From an uncultured Candidatus Saccharibacteria bacterium (lineage in GTDB: Bacteria; Patescibacteriota; JABMPQ01; JAQVVF01), in the NCBI GenBank assembly GCA_964574655.1, contig CAZNOH010000001.1, positions 535,020 through 599,019 on the forward strand: DNA of 64,000 nucleotides, read 5' to 3'. Below the pieces are notes generated by a model. The model did not search any database, was not told the origin of the DNA, and was given only the letters and a program-made list of their open reading frames with translations. Of the stretch, positions 31,132 through 40,807 are shown piece after piece. Made by a program: the position numbers and the translations under genes. Position 1 is the stretch's first letter; each line of letters opens with the position of its first letter.

Positions 31132-31548
31132 ATGGGAATGGTACGCGCATGCACTGGACAGCAATCTGAAAAAACAATCGGAAGTGTTCTAAAAAGTGTA
31201 ACTCCTTTTGTTGGATCTGATCGCGAAGGTGAAATTTCGCAATTGGGCATTGGATTGATTGATGGTACTTCTGCGTCTTTTTGGGGTTTGCTAGTACCAC
31301 ATCTGGTTATCAGATCATGGCGTGCAATGAAGATTTTGGAGCAACTGCAAACTATTCAGGCAGACTCTCTATGCGCATGCTACTATGCAGCAAGGCGTGA
31401 AATTGATGATACAAATAAAAACTTGATTGAGAGTCTTGCTAATCTTTTCGGCGGTATCAATAAATTCGAGGCAGTTCGCAGAACAGTTCTGGCAAGCGCT
31501 CCTAGCGCTGATGAACTGAATGAAATGCTAGCAATTTTCCATGCATAA
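31132..31548 (+). CDS. Orphan hypothetical protein
   Basis: TTGACA(31058)-17-TATATT promoter; AAGGAGGA before ATG at 31132. Confidence 0.7.
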   Translation: MGMVRACTGQQSEKTIGSVLKSVTPFVGSDREGEISQLGIGLIDGTSASFWGLLVPHLVIRSWRAMKILEQLQTIQADSLCACYYAARREIDDTNKNLIESLANLFGGINKFEAVRRTVLASAPSADELNEMLAIFHA

Positions 31549-31551
31549 GGC

Positions 31552-32181
31552 GTGGATGTTAGCTGTCATGAACTGAAGGAAGAGATCGAGTCTAAAAGAA
31601 TTTCTACTTCTCCTCTGATTGAGTCCTTGATTCGCGAAGCAGAAGAACGCAGTGTCGCCTATCAACGTCAGGAAGAGGAAATTAACAGACCATTGCCTCG
31701 CGAGGAAAGTCTTGGCGCTTTTTTTGAAGATCTTCAGATTGGCAATTTCATCATTGGCAGTGGAATTGGCGGATATGGCATGGACTGGGGACATATCGAA
31801 TTGTCAAATCTGGATAAGATAGCCAAACAAGCTAGTTTAAGCAAACACTGTCCCGATGGACACAGGCTGGAGCATACTACTAAAGGTCCATATACGCGTA
31901 TTGTAAAGGGGTCTGGCATTACTATGTACACGACTTCGTTTGGTGAAATCGAACAGCCTTGGTTTGTTGCCAAAGACGGCACTCATTATACTTTCCTGTT
32001 TGCCAAATTCCGTGAAGGATATTTTCATGTCAGAGTGGCAATCACAAGACCTGGAAACGAGGAAGTTCTCAAAGAAGAACATACTCTTGTTGAACTGCGA
32101 GCCATGATTGGAGAACTACCGCCAAGGCCCGTGATGAAATCTGGCTTGCTATCTAGGTTTGCATCTTTGATTGGCCTGTAA
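31552..32181 (+). CDS. Orphan hypothetical protein
   Basis: 3 bp after the previous stop; followed by terminator TTCCTAC..GTGGGAA plus T-run. Confidence 0.7.
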   Translation: MDVSCHELKEEIESKRISTSPLIESLIREAEERSVAYQRQEEEINRPLPREESLGAFFEDLQIGNFIIGSGIGGYGMDWGHIELSNLDKIAKQASLSKHCPDGHRLEHTTKGPYTRIVKGSGITMYTTSFGEIEQPWFVAKDGTHYTFLFAKFREGYFHVRVAITRPGNEEVLKEEHTLVELRAMIGELPPRPVMKSGLLSRFASLIGL

Positions 32182-32225
32182 ATCATTTTGTACTTTTTCT
32201 AATTCCTACTGATGTGGGAATTTTT

Positions 32226-32759
32226 TTATTTTATTTCTAGTAATTCAATTTCAAAAATCAACACTGCATTCGGAGGAATAACGTTGCCTGCTCCTCGCTC
32301 ACCATATCCTAAAGATGATGGTATAGTAAGTTTTCTTTTTTCTCCTACCTTCATGCCAACTAAACCTAAATCCCAGCCCTTGATAACTTCACCTGCGCCA
32401 ACTGTAAATTCAAATGGTTGATTATATTTGTAGCTAGAATCAAATTCTGTGCCATTTTCTAATATGCCTTTGTAATGTACAGAAACTAAATCGCCATTTT
32501 TAACTTGTTTGTCACTTGTTCCTTGTTTTAGAATTTCAGTTTTTAAGCCATTAGCATTTTCTTTTTTTACATCGCTATTTTTGTTAGTTACGTTAACTTT
32601 TTGAGATCCATTTACTTCATTATTTTCGACAACTGTTTGATTAACATCTTCTTGATTTTGATTTTCATTTGTTGTTTTGTTGTTGTTCATTTTTGTTGAA
32701 ATAAAAAATAAAATAATTGAGATAATAACGACTGCGATTGCGATGTAAATTTTTTTCAT
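32226..32759 (-). CDS. FKBP-type peptidyl-prolyl isomerase, membrane-anchored
   Basis: VHYKG, FDSS, VIKGWD, IPPNAVLIFEIEL. Confidence 0.95.
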   Translation of the reverse strand: MKKIYIAIAVVIISIILFFISTKMNNNKTTNENQNQEDVNQTVVENNEVNGSQKVNVTNKNSDVKKENANGLKTEILKQGTSDKQVKNGDLVSVHYKGILENGTEFDSSYKYNQPFEFTVGAGEVIKGWDLGLVGMKVGEKRKLTIPSSLGYGERGAGNVIPPNAVLIFEIELLEIK

Positions 32760-32787
32760 AAATTTAAATTAAATTATTTTTAATTTT

Positions 32788-32879
32788 TTCTACTTGGCTT
32801 TAGCCAAAGGGTCAAAAAGCTTTAGCTTTCGTCGCCGAGAACTAAAGTTCTTTAACCCCTCAGCTAAAGCTGGGTAGAA
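32788..32879. mobile_element. Non-autonomous REPIN-like element (TTCTAC-GGCTTTAGCC family)
   Basis: TTCTAC..GTAGAA ends with four TTTA/TAAA-loop hairpins; matches the RAYT flanks. Confidence 0.85.
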
Positions 32880-34108
32880 ACGACACTTTCTCCAGCTAAA
32901 TATCCAGTACTCCAGCAAACCTGTAAATTATAGCCACCAGTTGGGCCGTCCAGATCTAATATTTCGCCAGCGAAATAAAGGTTGTCAATTATTTTTGACT
33001 TCATTGTTTTTGGATCTATTTCTTTCAAATCAATTCCGCCAGAAGTTACAATTGCTTTTTTGAAACCAGCAAGTCCCTGAATTTCTAGTTTAAATTCTTT
33101 TAATAAATGAACTAAGCTTTTTCTTTCATCTTTAGAGATTACATTCACCTTTTTATATGGATCAATATTTGAGAGTTTAATAATAACAGGAATTAATTTT
33201 TGAGGCAACAAATCATCTAAGCTATTCTTAAAGTATTTGCCATTAAATTTTTGAAAATCTCTGATAATCCTTAAATCTAATTTTTTGAAATCTAGAGCTG
33301 GCTTAAAATCAATTTGCATAGTAACTTTTTCGATCTTTAACAGTTCGCCAATTTTTTTACTCATGTCTAAAATTATTGGACCACTCACGCCTTCATGAGT
33401 AAACAAAGCCTCGCCGAATCTTTCATCCTGTTTTTTGTTATTTTGGTAAATGCTGATATTAACATTTTCTAAATTAAGACCTTGCAGATCTTTAATCCAT
33501 GATTCTCTAATTAAAACTGGAGTCAAGGCTGGCATTGGAGAAATGACGTTATGTCCTAGATCTTTAGCGAATTCAAAGCCCTCGCCTGTTGCGCCTGTTT
33601 CTGGATAAGACAAACCTCCGGTTGTTAATATGTAATTTTTGGCGTAAAAATCACCTTGCGATGTTTTTATTTTTACGATTTTATTTCCTTCTTTAATAAT
33701 TTTAGAAGCTTTTGCGTTTCCTAGAAATTTTACTTTATTTTTCATTAAATATTTTTCTAAAGCTTTTACAACACTTAATGCTGAATCAGTTGTTGGAAAA
33801 ATTCGGTTGCCATGCTCTACTTTTGTTTCAATTCCTAATTTCTTAAAAAAATCTAATGTGTCTTGAATGTTAAATCTGTTTAGCGCTTTATATAAAAATT
33901 TACCATTTTTTCCAAATTGATTAATAAAATTTTTAATATCTTCTTCTTGATGAGTGATGTTGCATCTGCCCTTGCCAGTTAATAGTAATTTGGCGCCAAC
34001 TTTTGGATTTTTTTCAATCAAAAGGACCTTGACACCAAGCTCAGCTGCTCTTCCTGCAGCCATGATGCCAGCGGGACCTGCACCGATTACTATTAGATCG
34101 TATATCAT
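32864..34108 (-). CDS. HI0933/BaiN-family flavoprotein
   Basis: GAGPAG, TGKGRCN, LFTHEGVSGP, GEILDLDGPTGGYNLQ. Confidence 0.93.
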   Translation of the reverse strand: MIYDLIVIGAGPAGIMAAGRAAELGVKVLLIEKNPKVGAKLLLTGKGRCNITHQEEDIKNFINQFGKNGKFLYKALNRFNIQDTLDFFKKLGIETKVEHGNRIFPTTDSALSVVKALEKYLMKNKVKFLGNAKASKIIKEGNKIVKIKTSQGDFYAKNYILTTGGLSYPETGATGEGFEFAKDLGHNVISPMPALTPVLIRESWIKDLQGLNLENVNISIYQNNKKQDERFGEALFTHEGVSGPIILDMSKKIGELLKIEKVTMQIDFKPALDFKKLDLRIIRDFQKFNGKYFKNSLDDLLPQKLIPVIIKLSNIDPYKKVNVISKDERKSLVHLLKEFKLEIQGLAGFKKAIVTSGGIDLKEIDPKTMKSKIIDNLYFAGEILDLDGPTGGYNLQVCWSTGYLAGESVVSTQL

Positions 34109-34111
34109 AAA

Positions 34112-35059
34112 TTATTCAATTGAATCTTGAAACTCAAAAATTTGCTTAGAAATTTTAGCAATTGCAATTTCGGCAATATCTTGTTTTAATGTTTTCTTAG
34201 AATAAACACTTATAACGTACGGCCTTTGTTTCAAAAACACTATGCCAACATCACTGATTTTGTCCTCATACATTCCAATCTTGTGAGCAATGATAACATT
34301 AGCAGGAATTCCAGGTACTAAACGATTATCGCCAATTGAATTAATCATTAAATAAATCAGTTTGTCTGCTGATTCTTTGGAGATTATTTCGTTATTATAT
34401 ATTTTCTGTAGTAATGCTGACATAGCTCTTGGAGTAGTAGTATTGTTTAGAATATTCATGCCCGTTATTCCAGAATTATTAACGAAATTTTGAATGTTTG
34501 CCGTTCCCAAATAATTTAATAATATATTTGTAGCAATATTATCGCTTTTCTGAATCATCAGTTCATTCAGATAACTAATCTTGTATGACTTTCCTGCTTC
34601 TTTATATTGTAAAATACCGGTTCCTTCTTCAAAGAATTTTTTTTGATTAACTAGTTTTTTGTCTGGATTGATTTTACCTGAATCAATTTGATTATACAAA
34701 TAAGCAGAGACAGCAACTTTGAAAGTGCTGGCCATAAGGTAGCTACTGTATTCTCTCGCACCATATGTCTTACCACTACTTATATCAACAACAGAGTAGC
34801 CATATTTGCCTGACAAATTTGTTATATAATTCTCAAGAGTTGCCACTGTCTGGCTTGGATCGAATTCTACTAATTTTGCTGCTGGTTCTATCACAACTGA
34901 TTCTGCCTCAACTTCTTTTGTTACGCTTAGATCTTTTTTATTAATATAATTATTTTTTATTGAAAATGAACTTATTGCCAATATAAAAAGCGCCAAGAAG
35001 CATTGGATTATTTTTCGTCTGACAAGACTTGATTTTTTATTAGATTTATTTGAATTCAT
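34112..35059 (-). CDS. Class A beta-lactamase-like serine hydrolase, membrane-anchored
   Basis: STFK, SDN and HKIG motifs; N-terminal TM. Confidence 0.85.
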   Translation of the reverse strand: MNSNKSNKKSSLVRRKIIQCFLALFILAISSFSIKNNYINKKDLSVTKEVEAESVVIEPAAKLVEFDPSQTVATLENYITNLSGKYGYSVVDISSGKTYGAREYSSYLMASTFKVAVSAYLYNQIDSGKINPDKKLVNQKKFFEEGTGILQYKEAGKSYKISYLNELMIQKSDNIATNILLNYLGTANIQNFVNNSGITGMNILNNTTTPRAMSALLQKIYNNEIISKESADKLIYLMINSIGDNRLVPGIPANVIIAHKIGMYEDKISDVGIVFLKQRPYVISVYSKKTLKQDIAEIAIAKISKQIFEFQDSIE

Positions 35060-35218
35060 GGTTTTTATAATATGGATTCTTTCTGATAATAAGCTTAAAA
35101 TTTTAATAAATTATTATACCATATTATCTTGATTTGACAATGCTTTTTGGTAAATTAGTTTTGGGATTTAAAAAAAGACTAATATCTGAATACTAGCCTT
35201 TTAAAATTTTTTGTTAAT

Positions 35219-35371
35219 TTATTGATTGAATAATTCGAGAAGTGCTCTGCCGAATGTTGCTTTTTTTACACCGACAATTTTACCTCCAATCCAAAAGAAT
35301 AATGCGCTAATAATCGCTGTAATAGCAGCAACTGCCAGCATTATTCCAAGAATTGATGCTAAGATTTCCAT
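35219..35371 (-). CDS. 50-aa membrane protein, possibly a truncated fragment
   Basis: MEILASILGIMLAVAAITAIISALFFWIGGKIVGVKKATFGRALLELFNQ; 7 bp after the upstream gene. Confidence 0.5.
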   Translation of the reverse strand: MEILASILGIMLAVAAITAIISALFFWIGGKIVGVKKATFGRALLELFNQ

Positions 35372-35378
35372 TTTGTTT

Positions 35379-35675
35379 TTAATTAATTGTTAACTTTTTT
35401 TGATTTTTAAATTTTTGAATTAGTATTGCAATTAGCCATATTAAAATTACAGGAACTATCATTATTATTCCAAGCAAGGTGCCATTTTCTATCAACCCAT
35501 CAGTTTTTGTTTCAAAAAATATGCCGCCTTCATATCCTAGAACATGGTCAACTAATATCATTATGGTTGCACCCCAAAGCATTAAGCTTAATAGTCCTAA
35601 TTTATATTTCTTTTTAAAGATAAACCATAATGAAGTTGCCACTACCGCAGTAATAAAAGTAGTTAATAACCACAT
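35379..35675 (-). CDS. Small membrane protein
   Basis: MLWGATIMILVDH, paralogous to its neighbour. Confidence 0.75.
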   Translation of the reverse strand: MWLLTTFITAVVATSLWFIFKKKYKLGLLSLMLWGATIMILVDHVLGYEGGIFFETKTDGLIENGTLLGIIMIVPVILIWLIAILIQKFKNQKKLTIN

Positions 35676-35679
35676 ATAC

Positions 35680-36027
35680 TTAGGTTGTTAAATTCTTAAT
35701 TTTGTCTTTACGCATCTTTAATATCTTAGGCATATTATTTACAACTAAAACCATTAATGCCCAAACAAAAAAAATTGCGATTGTCATTCCTACGCCAATT
35801 GTTGTAATTTCTTGCAACATAACAGGAATATCAGCAGGATCTTTCATTGCCGTTAAAAATGGCGGATAAAATACAACTTCTTGATGAGCAATATGCTCTA
35901 CTATTAACATTGCAACGCCACCCCAGAGCATTGTAATCAACCAATCAATATGATATCTTGCTGGAACTCTTTTTCTCACAGAAGAAACAACAATTACTGC
36001 TGCTGTTGGTGCTAAAAAACATGCCAT
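35680..36027 (-). CDS. Small membrane protein
   Basis: MACFLAP start; MLWGGVAMLIVEH. Confidence 0.75.
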   Translation of the reverse strand: MACFLAPTAAVIVVSSVRKRVPARYHIDWLITMLWGGVAMLIVEHIAHQEVVFYPPFLTAMKDPADIPVMLQEITTIGVGMTIAIFFVWALMVLVVNNMPKILKMRKDKIKNLTT

Positions 36028-36144
36028 AATATTTTGATTAATTTATTATAAATTTATTTTAATACATTTCATGCTTCTTGACAAACAAGCTTTTGCATAA
36101 TTCGCAGCTTTAATTCAGATTTTAATTATGCTAAAATATATTTT

Positions 36145-36798
36145 ATGATACAAAAAATATTTTCTGCTGATGATTTCGGAAAATTTAAAGATGGAGATAA
36201 CTTAATATTAAAGTCAGGAATTAATCGAATTTCGGTAATGGTAAATCGAGGCACTGATTTTTCTGGATTAAACGGAAAAACGCTAGGACTTCATGCTGAT
36301 TTTGGCGGAGAGAATCTGTCTGATTTTTTTGTACTAATGTTTAAAAGAAAATATGTTAAACAACAACTTGAACAGCAGATTGAAAAATTTGTTAAAATTT
36401 TTGGCAAAAAACCAAATCATTTAGATACACATCGCTATTTGCATTTGCATCCTTTTTTGTTTTCTCTTTTTTTGAATGCTTGCGATAAATACAAAATTCC
36501 ATATTTGCGAATAACTCGAAAAGGCGTTGTTAAAATTAGCAACATGACTTCTTTTATTGTACATAGCATGGTAAAAATGGATAACCTTTTTTATGGCAAG
36601 AGAATTGATAAGTTTGTTGAAGCTGATTACTTTTTATCTCTAGATTGGTATAAAAATTTAGACTTCAAAATTCCTGATGCCATTATTAAAGTCATTTATC
36701 ATCCAGAAAATGATATCAATTTGTTGAAACAATTACAAGATAAATCGCAGAATGACGCAGAAGCTAACGCAGAAAACGCAGAAGACTTTAATAAATAA
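36145..36798 (+). CDS. YdjC/ChbG-family carbohydrate deacetylase
   Basis: SADDFG, LGLH, PNHLDTHRYLH. Confidence 0.85.
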   Translation: MIQKIFSADDFGKFKDGDNLILKSGINRISVMVNRGTDFSGLNGKTLGLHADFGGENLSDFFVLMFKRKYVKQQLEQQIEKFVKIFGKKPNHLDTHRYLHLHPFLFSLFLNACDKYKIPYLRITRKGVVKISNMTSFIVHSMVKMDNLFYGKRIDKFVEADYFLSLDWYKNLDFKIPDAIIKVIYHPENDINLLKQLQDKSQNDAEANAENAEDFNK

Positions 36799-36801
36799 AT
36801 T

Positions 36802-38124
36802 ATGATGAAGAAAAAAATTGATTGGATTATCGCTTTAGGTTTAGTGGCAATAACATTGTTAACAAGAATTCCATATGCTACAAAATTTCTATTTGCTTGG
36901 GATTCAGGAACCGTAGCATTAGGAACTCAACATTATAATTTGGCTTTGCATGAACCACATCCGCCTGGCTATGTTTTATATGTCTTGTTAGCAAAAATTG
37001 TTAATTATTTTGCTAACGATATTAATGCTGTCTTGGTTTGGATCAGCATTATCTCTTCTATCTTAGCAGTCGTATTCTTGTATTTACTTGGAAAAGAAAT
37101 GTTTGGCAGATCAGTTGGTTTGATTGCTGCTTTAGTTTTGATTTTTAGTAAAATATTTTGGGCTTATTCTGAAGTTGCTTTTAGCTATACTTTGCAATGT
37201 TTTTTAGCAACTCTGATTGCCTATCTTGGATATAAATATATTAAGAATACTGATCAAAAAAAATATTTATATCTTGGCAGTATTGCGCTTGGAATTGCTG
37301 GCGGTTTTAGACAGGATTTAATTGTTTTTATGATTCCGCTCTGGTTATTTGTAACTTGGAAATTTGCGAAAAATGAATTTTGGAAAAACTGGTTGATAAT
37401 AGGTGGAATTTGTGTTGCTTGGATGTTAGGAATGATTTTTTGGGATGGCGGTTTTAAGGCTTATTTTAGTGCCTTATTTAATCAGTTTGAATATGTTTCA
37501 GGATTCTCTGCTGAAAAAAGGGGCATGTTGGGCTTGATTGATAATTACAAAACAATGCTTTTGTTTTTGAATGAAGCAATTCAGCCTTTTACAGCTGTTA
37601 TCTTTTTTAGCGCCTATATGTTTTTGCCAAAGAAGATTAGAGATGATAATCGTTCTCAAGTTTTGTTGCTCTGGCTTTTGCCTTCATTAATATTTTATAT
37701 CTTTGTTCACATTGGTGAGCGCGGATATTTACTAACTTTTATTCCGGTCTTGATGTTGATTTTGGATTATGGATTGGTTTGGTTTGTAACTGAAATTTGC
37801 TTGCTTTTCAAATTTAATAGATTTGTTAAACCGATCGTTTTAACTATTTTAACTTTATTGCTTATTGCATTTAACGGATATTATTTTGTTAAAACTAAAG
37901 ACTTTTTATCTTTGTATCATTTGCAAACACAAGATAAAGCGACTGAAGAAAAGATAAATTTCATTGAACAACACAAAACAGGCGATAAAAATTTTGTTGA
38001 TCGAGAAAATTACAAGCAATTACATTATTATTTACCTGAGCAAAATATTTTTCCTGAAGCTGACAAAGTTCCAGATAATAGAAAAGAGACAATTGATTTG
38101 ATGAAGAAATTTCCAGTATTATAA
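36802..38124 (+). CDS. GT-C fold membrane glycosyltransferase (GT39/DUF2723-like)
   Basis: WDS...PHPPGYVLY; GGFRQD; about 11 TM. Confidence 0.8.
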   Translation: MMKKKIDWIIALGLVAITLLTRIPYATKFLFAWDSGTVALGTQHYNLALHEPHPPGYVLYVLLAKIVNYFANDINAVLVWISIISSILAVVFLYLLGKEMFGRSVGLIAALVLIFSKIFWAYSEVAFSYTLQCFLATLIAYLGYKYIKNTDQKKYLYLGSIALGIAGGFRQDLIVFMIPLWLFVTWKFAKNEFWKNWLIIGGICVAWMLGMIFWDGGFKAYFSALFNQFEYVSGFSAEKRGMLGLIDNYKTMLLFLNEAIQPFTAVIFFSAYMFLPKKIRDDNRSQVLLLWLLPSLIFYIFVHIGERGYLLTFIPVLMLILDYGLVWFVTEICLLFKFNRFVKPIVLTILTLLLIAFNGYYFVKTKDFLSLYHLQTQDKATEEKINFIEQHKTGDKNFVDRENYKQLHYYLPEQNIFPEADKVPDNRKETIDLMKKFPVL

Positions 38125-38194
38125 AATTATTAAAATAAAAACGGAATTGATATCCGTTTTTTATTTAGTAAATATTTAAATTCTAATTTTTGTG

Positions 38195-38247
38195 AACAAA
38201 AACTCCGGAACACACCTTCGCTTCGCTCCGGTGGGTAAACTTGGATT
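38195..38247 (-). repeat. Duplicated tRNA-Gln 3' end interrupted by a hairpin insert
   Basis: AACAAAAACTCCGG (same as 38295-38308) plus insert plus CTTGGATT. Confidence 0.7.
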
Positions 38248-38302
38248 TTCTTTTTATATTTTGCAAATGAAGAGAGCGTTTCTAAAATTTTGCCAACAAA
38301 AA

Positions 38303-38373
38303 CTCCGGGGCTTGGATTCGAACCAAGATAAGCAGCTTCAAAGGCTACTGTCCTACCATTAGACGACCCCGGA
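38303..38373 (-). tRNA. tRNA-Gln (TTG), CCA not encoded
   Basis: TCCGGGGTCGTCTAATGGTAGGAC..CTTTGAA..GGTTCGAATCCAAGCCCCGGAG. Confidence 0.93.
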
Positions 38374-38523
38374 ACATTGCGAATTATAAATTATAAATGA
38401 AAAATTCAAAATTTACTAGAAATTTAACATTACAAATATTTTATCCTTGCTTTAAAATATTGTCAAATATGCTATAATAAATATATTGATTTTTTTAAAA
38501 ATTTAAAAATTAAAAACAAAAAT

Positions 38524-39153
38524 ATGGCAATTGGAAAATATGAACTAAAAAAGGCAATGAAAGGCACAAAAACATCATGGTCGCAACGCGGAGGACAAAC
38601 TGCAAAAAATATTATGAAGCAAGCTCCGGGCCACAAAATGTCAACTTATGAAACCAAGCAATTTTTGAATGAATCAGGAATGAGTAAATCCGGTGTAAAA
38701 GAAGTAATGGGAACGTTGAATCAGCCTACTCAGCCAAAACAAGAATCTTTCCAGAAACCAGATGCGCCAAAAACAAGAGAAATAAAAGGACAGGAACCGC
38801 AAAAAGGCGGCGTGAAAACGCCAGGATGGGTGGAAAAAGTGGAAAAACAAGGCGAAATAGCACCGCAAAAAACTTTTGGCAAGCAAATACAAGAAGATGT
38901 TAGATTACAAAAAGCGGGACAGCCGCAGCAAGGCGGACAAAGACAACCAAGCTCTGATGTTGATCGCAGTCGATATACACAAGAAGAAGTTGATAGATTA
39001 GAGCAAAAAGGGCAAACAGAATATTATGATAAAGCTTCGCAATCAAGCAAATTTGATAAATTAGACGAAGCAGAAGATGCCAATGCTGCAAAGATTGATG
39101 CGATGCTAGGCGGAGGAGGCGGGGGCGAAAATTCTGGGAGTAGAGAAAAATAA
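38524..39153 (+). CDS. Hypothetical low-complexity (Q/K/G/E-rich) protein
   Basis: Promoter-like TGCTATAAT upstream; hydrophilic; stop abuts the dnaX stop. Confidence 0.7.
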   Translation: MAIGKYELKKAMKGTKTSWSQRGGQTAKNIMKQAPGHKMSTYETKQFLNESGMSKSGVKEVMGTLNQPTQPKQESFQKPDAPKTREIKGQEPQKGGVKTPGWVEKVEKQGEIAPQKTFGKQIQEDVRLQKAGQPQQGGQRQPSSDVDRSRYTQEEVDRLEQKGQTEYYDKASQSSKFDKLDEAEDANAAKIDAMLGGGGGGENSGSREK

Positions 39154-40749
39154 TTAGACATTTTCACCAAAAGCCGAAACAGCAGCATTATAAAGTTCTG
39201 CTGTTTTTTGTTTTTCTTTTTGTTTTTTTTCTTTATCAATATTTTCTTGTATTTCTTTGGGTAAGTCTTTTGTTAAAATAAGTTTTGTGGAAATTTTTGC
39301 TTGGCAAATTTTAGAAATTGCTTCTTCTAATAAAATTTTATTTTTCATTTCATGGATAATTTCTTGATGAAAAGGATATTGACAAGCAATAGTTAAGCAA
39401 TTATTTTCTAAGCTAATTAATTTCAGAGAATTTAGCATTCCGGCTAAAGAAAAATTTGCTTTTTTAATTTCTGAAAGTATAGTTTGCCATTGTAATTTGA
39501 TTTTAGAAATATTTAAATCAGCTGATATTTGATTTTGATTAGACAAATTTTCTTGAATAACTGGCTGTGCGATTTCTACTTTAGGTTGTGCGTTGATTAT
39601 TGGCTTTTGCATTGGCTGTTCTGCTGGATTCTGTAAACTAGGCTGAATATTATTTTGAACTGGTAAATTTTCAATAATAGCTAATTCTAAAGATAATTGT
39701 ATAAAAGGCGTGTCATTAATTTCCTTACTTCTTTTAATAACTGAATCAATAAACTTTAATAAGAAAATCTGGTCAATCTTTAAAGCTTGCTCTTGCATCT
39801 TTTTTGTTTGTTCATCTGAAAAACTGAAATTGTAGAGTTTTGATAATTCGTTGCTAACTTTTAGAAGCATTATCTTTCTTAAATAATCAATTAGATCTAA
39901 ACAGAATTGATTCATATTGACGCCATTTTCAACTAATTCGTTGACTTGCCTTATCGCTTGAGTCTGGTCCTTATTGATGATGTAATCGACGAACTTTGTT
40001 AAAGTAATTTGATCAGTAATTCCTAAAATTTCTTTTACTTTTTCATATGTGATATCAGAATCAGCAAAAGACGATAAACTGCCCAGCAAGCTTAAAGCAT
40101 CTCTAGATGAACCGCTGGAGTTAGCAGAAATTAGTTTTAGAGAATTGTCATCAATTTTAATATTTTCTTTTTGAGAAATAATTTTTAAATGCGGGATTAG
40201 GTCATTGATTGAAATTTTCTTTAAGTCAAAACGTTGGCAACGAGATTTTATTGTATCCGGCACTTTGTGATGTTCTGTTGTGGCTAAGATAAAAAGAATA
40301 TGGGCTGGTGGCTCTTCTAAAGTTTTAAGAAGCGCATTAAAGGCTTCTTTAGTCAGCATATGAACTTCGTCAATAATAAAGACTTTAAATTTTAATTTAG
40401 TTGGCGTGTATCTGGAGGAATCTCGAAGCTCTCTGATTTCATCAATGCCTCTATTTGATGCTGCATCAACTTCGATAATATCTAAACTATTTCTTTGAAT
40501 CTCCTTGCAATTTTCACATTCCAAACATGGCTCGCCTGTTTTTTTTAGGTTTTCTAAATCTAAGCAGTTGACTGCCTTGGCAATAATTCTAGCTAAGCTT
40601 GTTTTTCCAGTTCCTTTTGGACCACAAAAAAGATAGGCATGTTGCATTTTGCCCATCTTCAAAGAATTGATTAAAGTTTGAGTAATATGATCCTGACCAA
40701 TTACCTCCTTGAACTGATTAGGTCTGTATTTTCGGTAAAGCGCCAACAT
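39154..40749 (-). CDS. dnaX: DNA polymerase III gamma/tau subunit
   Basis: LYRKYRP, GPKGTGKT, IIDEVHML, SRC. Confidence 0.96.
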   Translation of the reverse strand: MLALYRKYRPNQFKEVIGQDHITQTLINSLKMGKMQHAYLFCGPKGTGKTSLARIIAKAVNCLDLENLKKTGEPCLECENCKEIQRNSLDIIEVDAASNRGIDEIRELRDSSRYTPTKLKFKVFIIDEVHMLTKEAFNALLKTLEEPPAHILFILATTEHHKVPDTIKSRCQRFDLKKISINDLIPHLKIISQKENIKIDDNSLKLISANSSGSSRDALSLLGSLSSFADSDITYEKVKEILGITDQITLTKFVDYIINKDQTQAIRQVNELVENGVNMNQFCLDLIDYLRKIMLLKVSNELSKLYNFSFSDEQTKKMQEQALKIDQIFLLKFIDSVIKRSKEINDTPFIQLSLELAIIENLPVQNNIQPSLQNPAEQPMQKPIINAQPKVEIAQPVIQENLSNQNQISADLNISKIKLQWQTILSEIKKANFSLAGMLNSLKLISLENNCLTIACQYPFHQEIIHEMKNKILLEEAISKICQAKISTKLILTKDLPKEIQENIDKEKKQKEKQKTAELYNAAVSAFGENV

Positions 40750-40807
40750 AATTAACAGTTAATGGCTAACAGCTAACAGAAATCTGCTAATTGCTAACTG
40801 CCAAGTG

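Noticed and set aside
34112-35059. Acquired antibiotic-resistance beta-lactamase
   Set aside because: Membrane-anchored, native composition, no mobile context; activity cannot be inferred from the motifs
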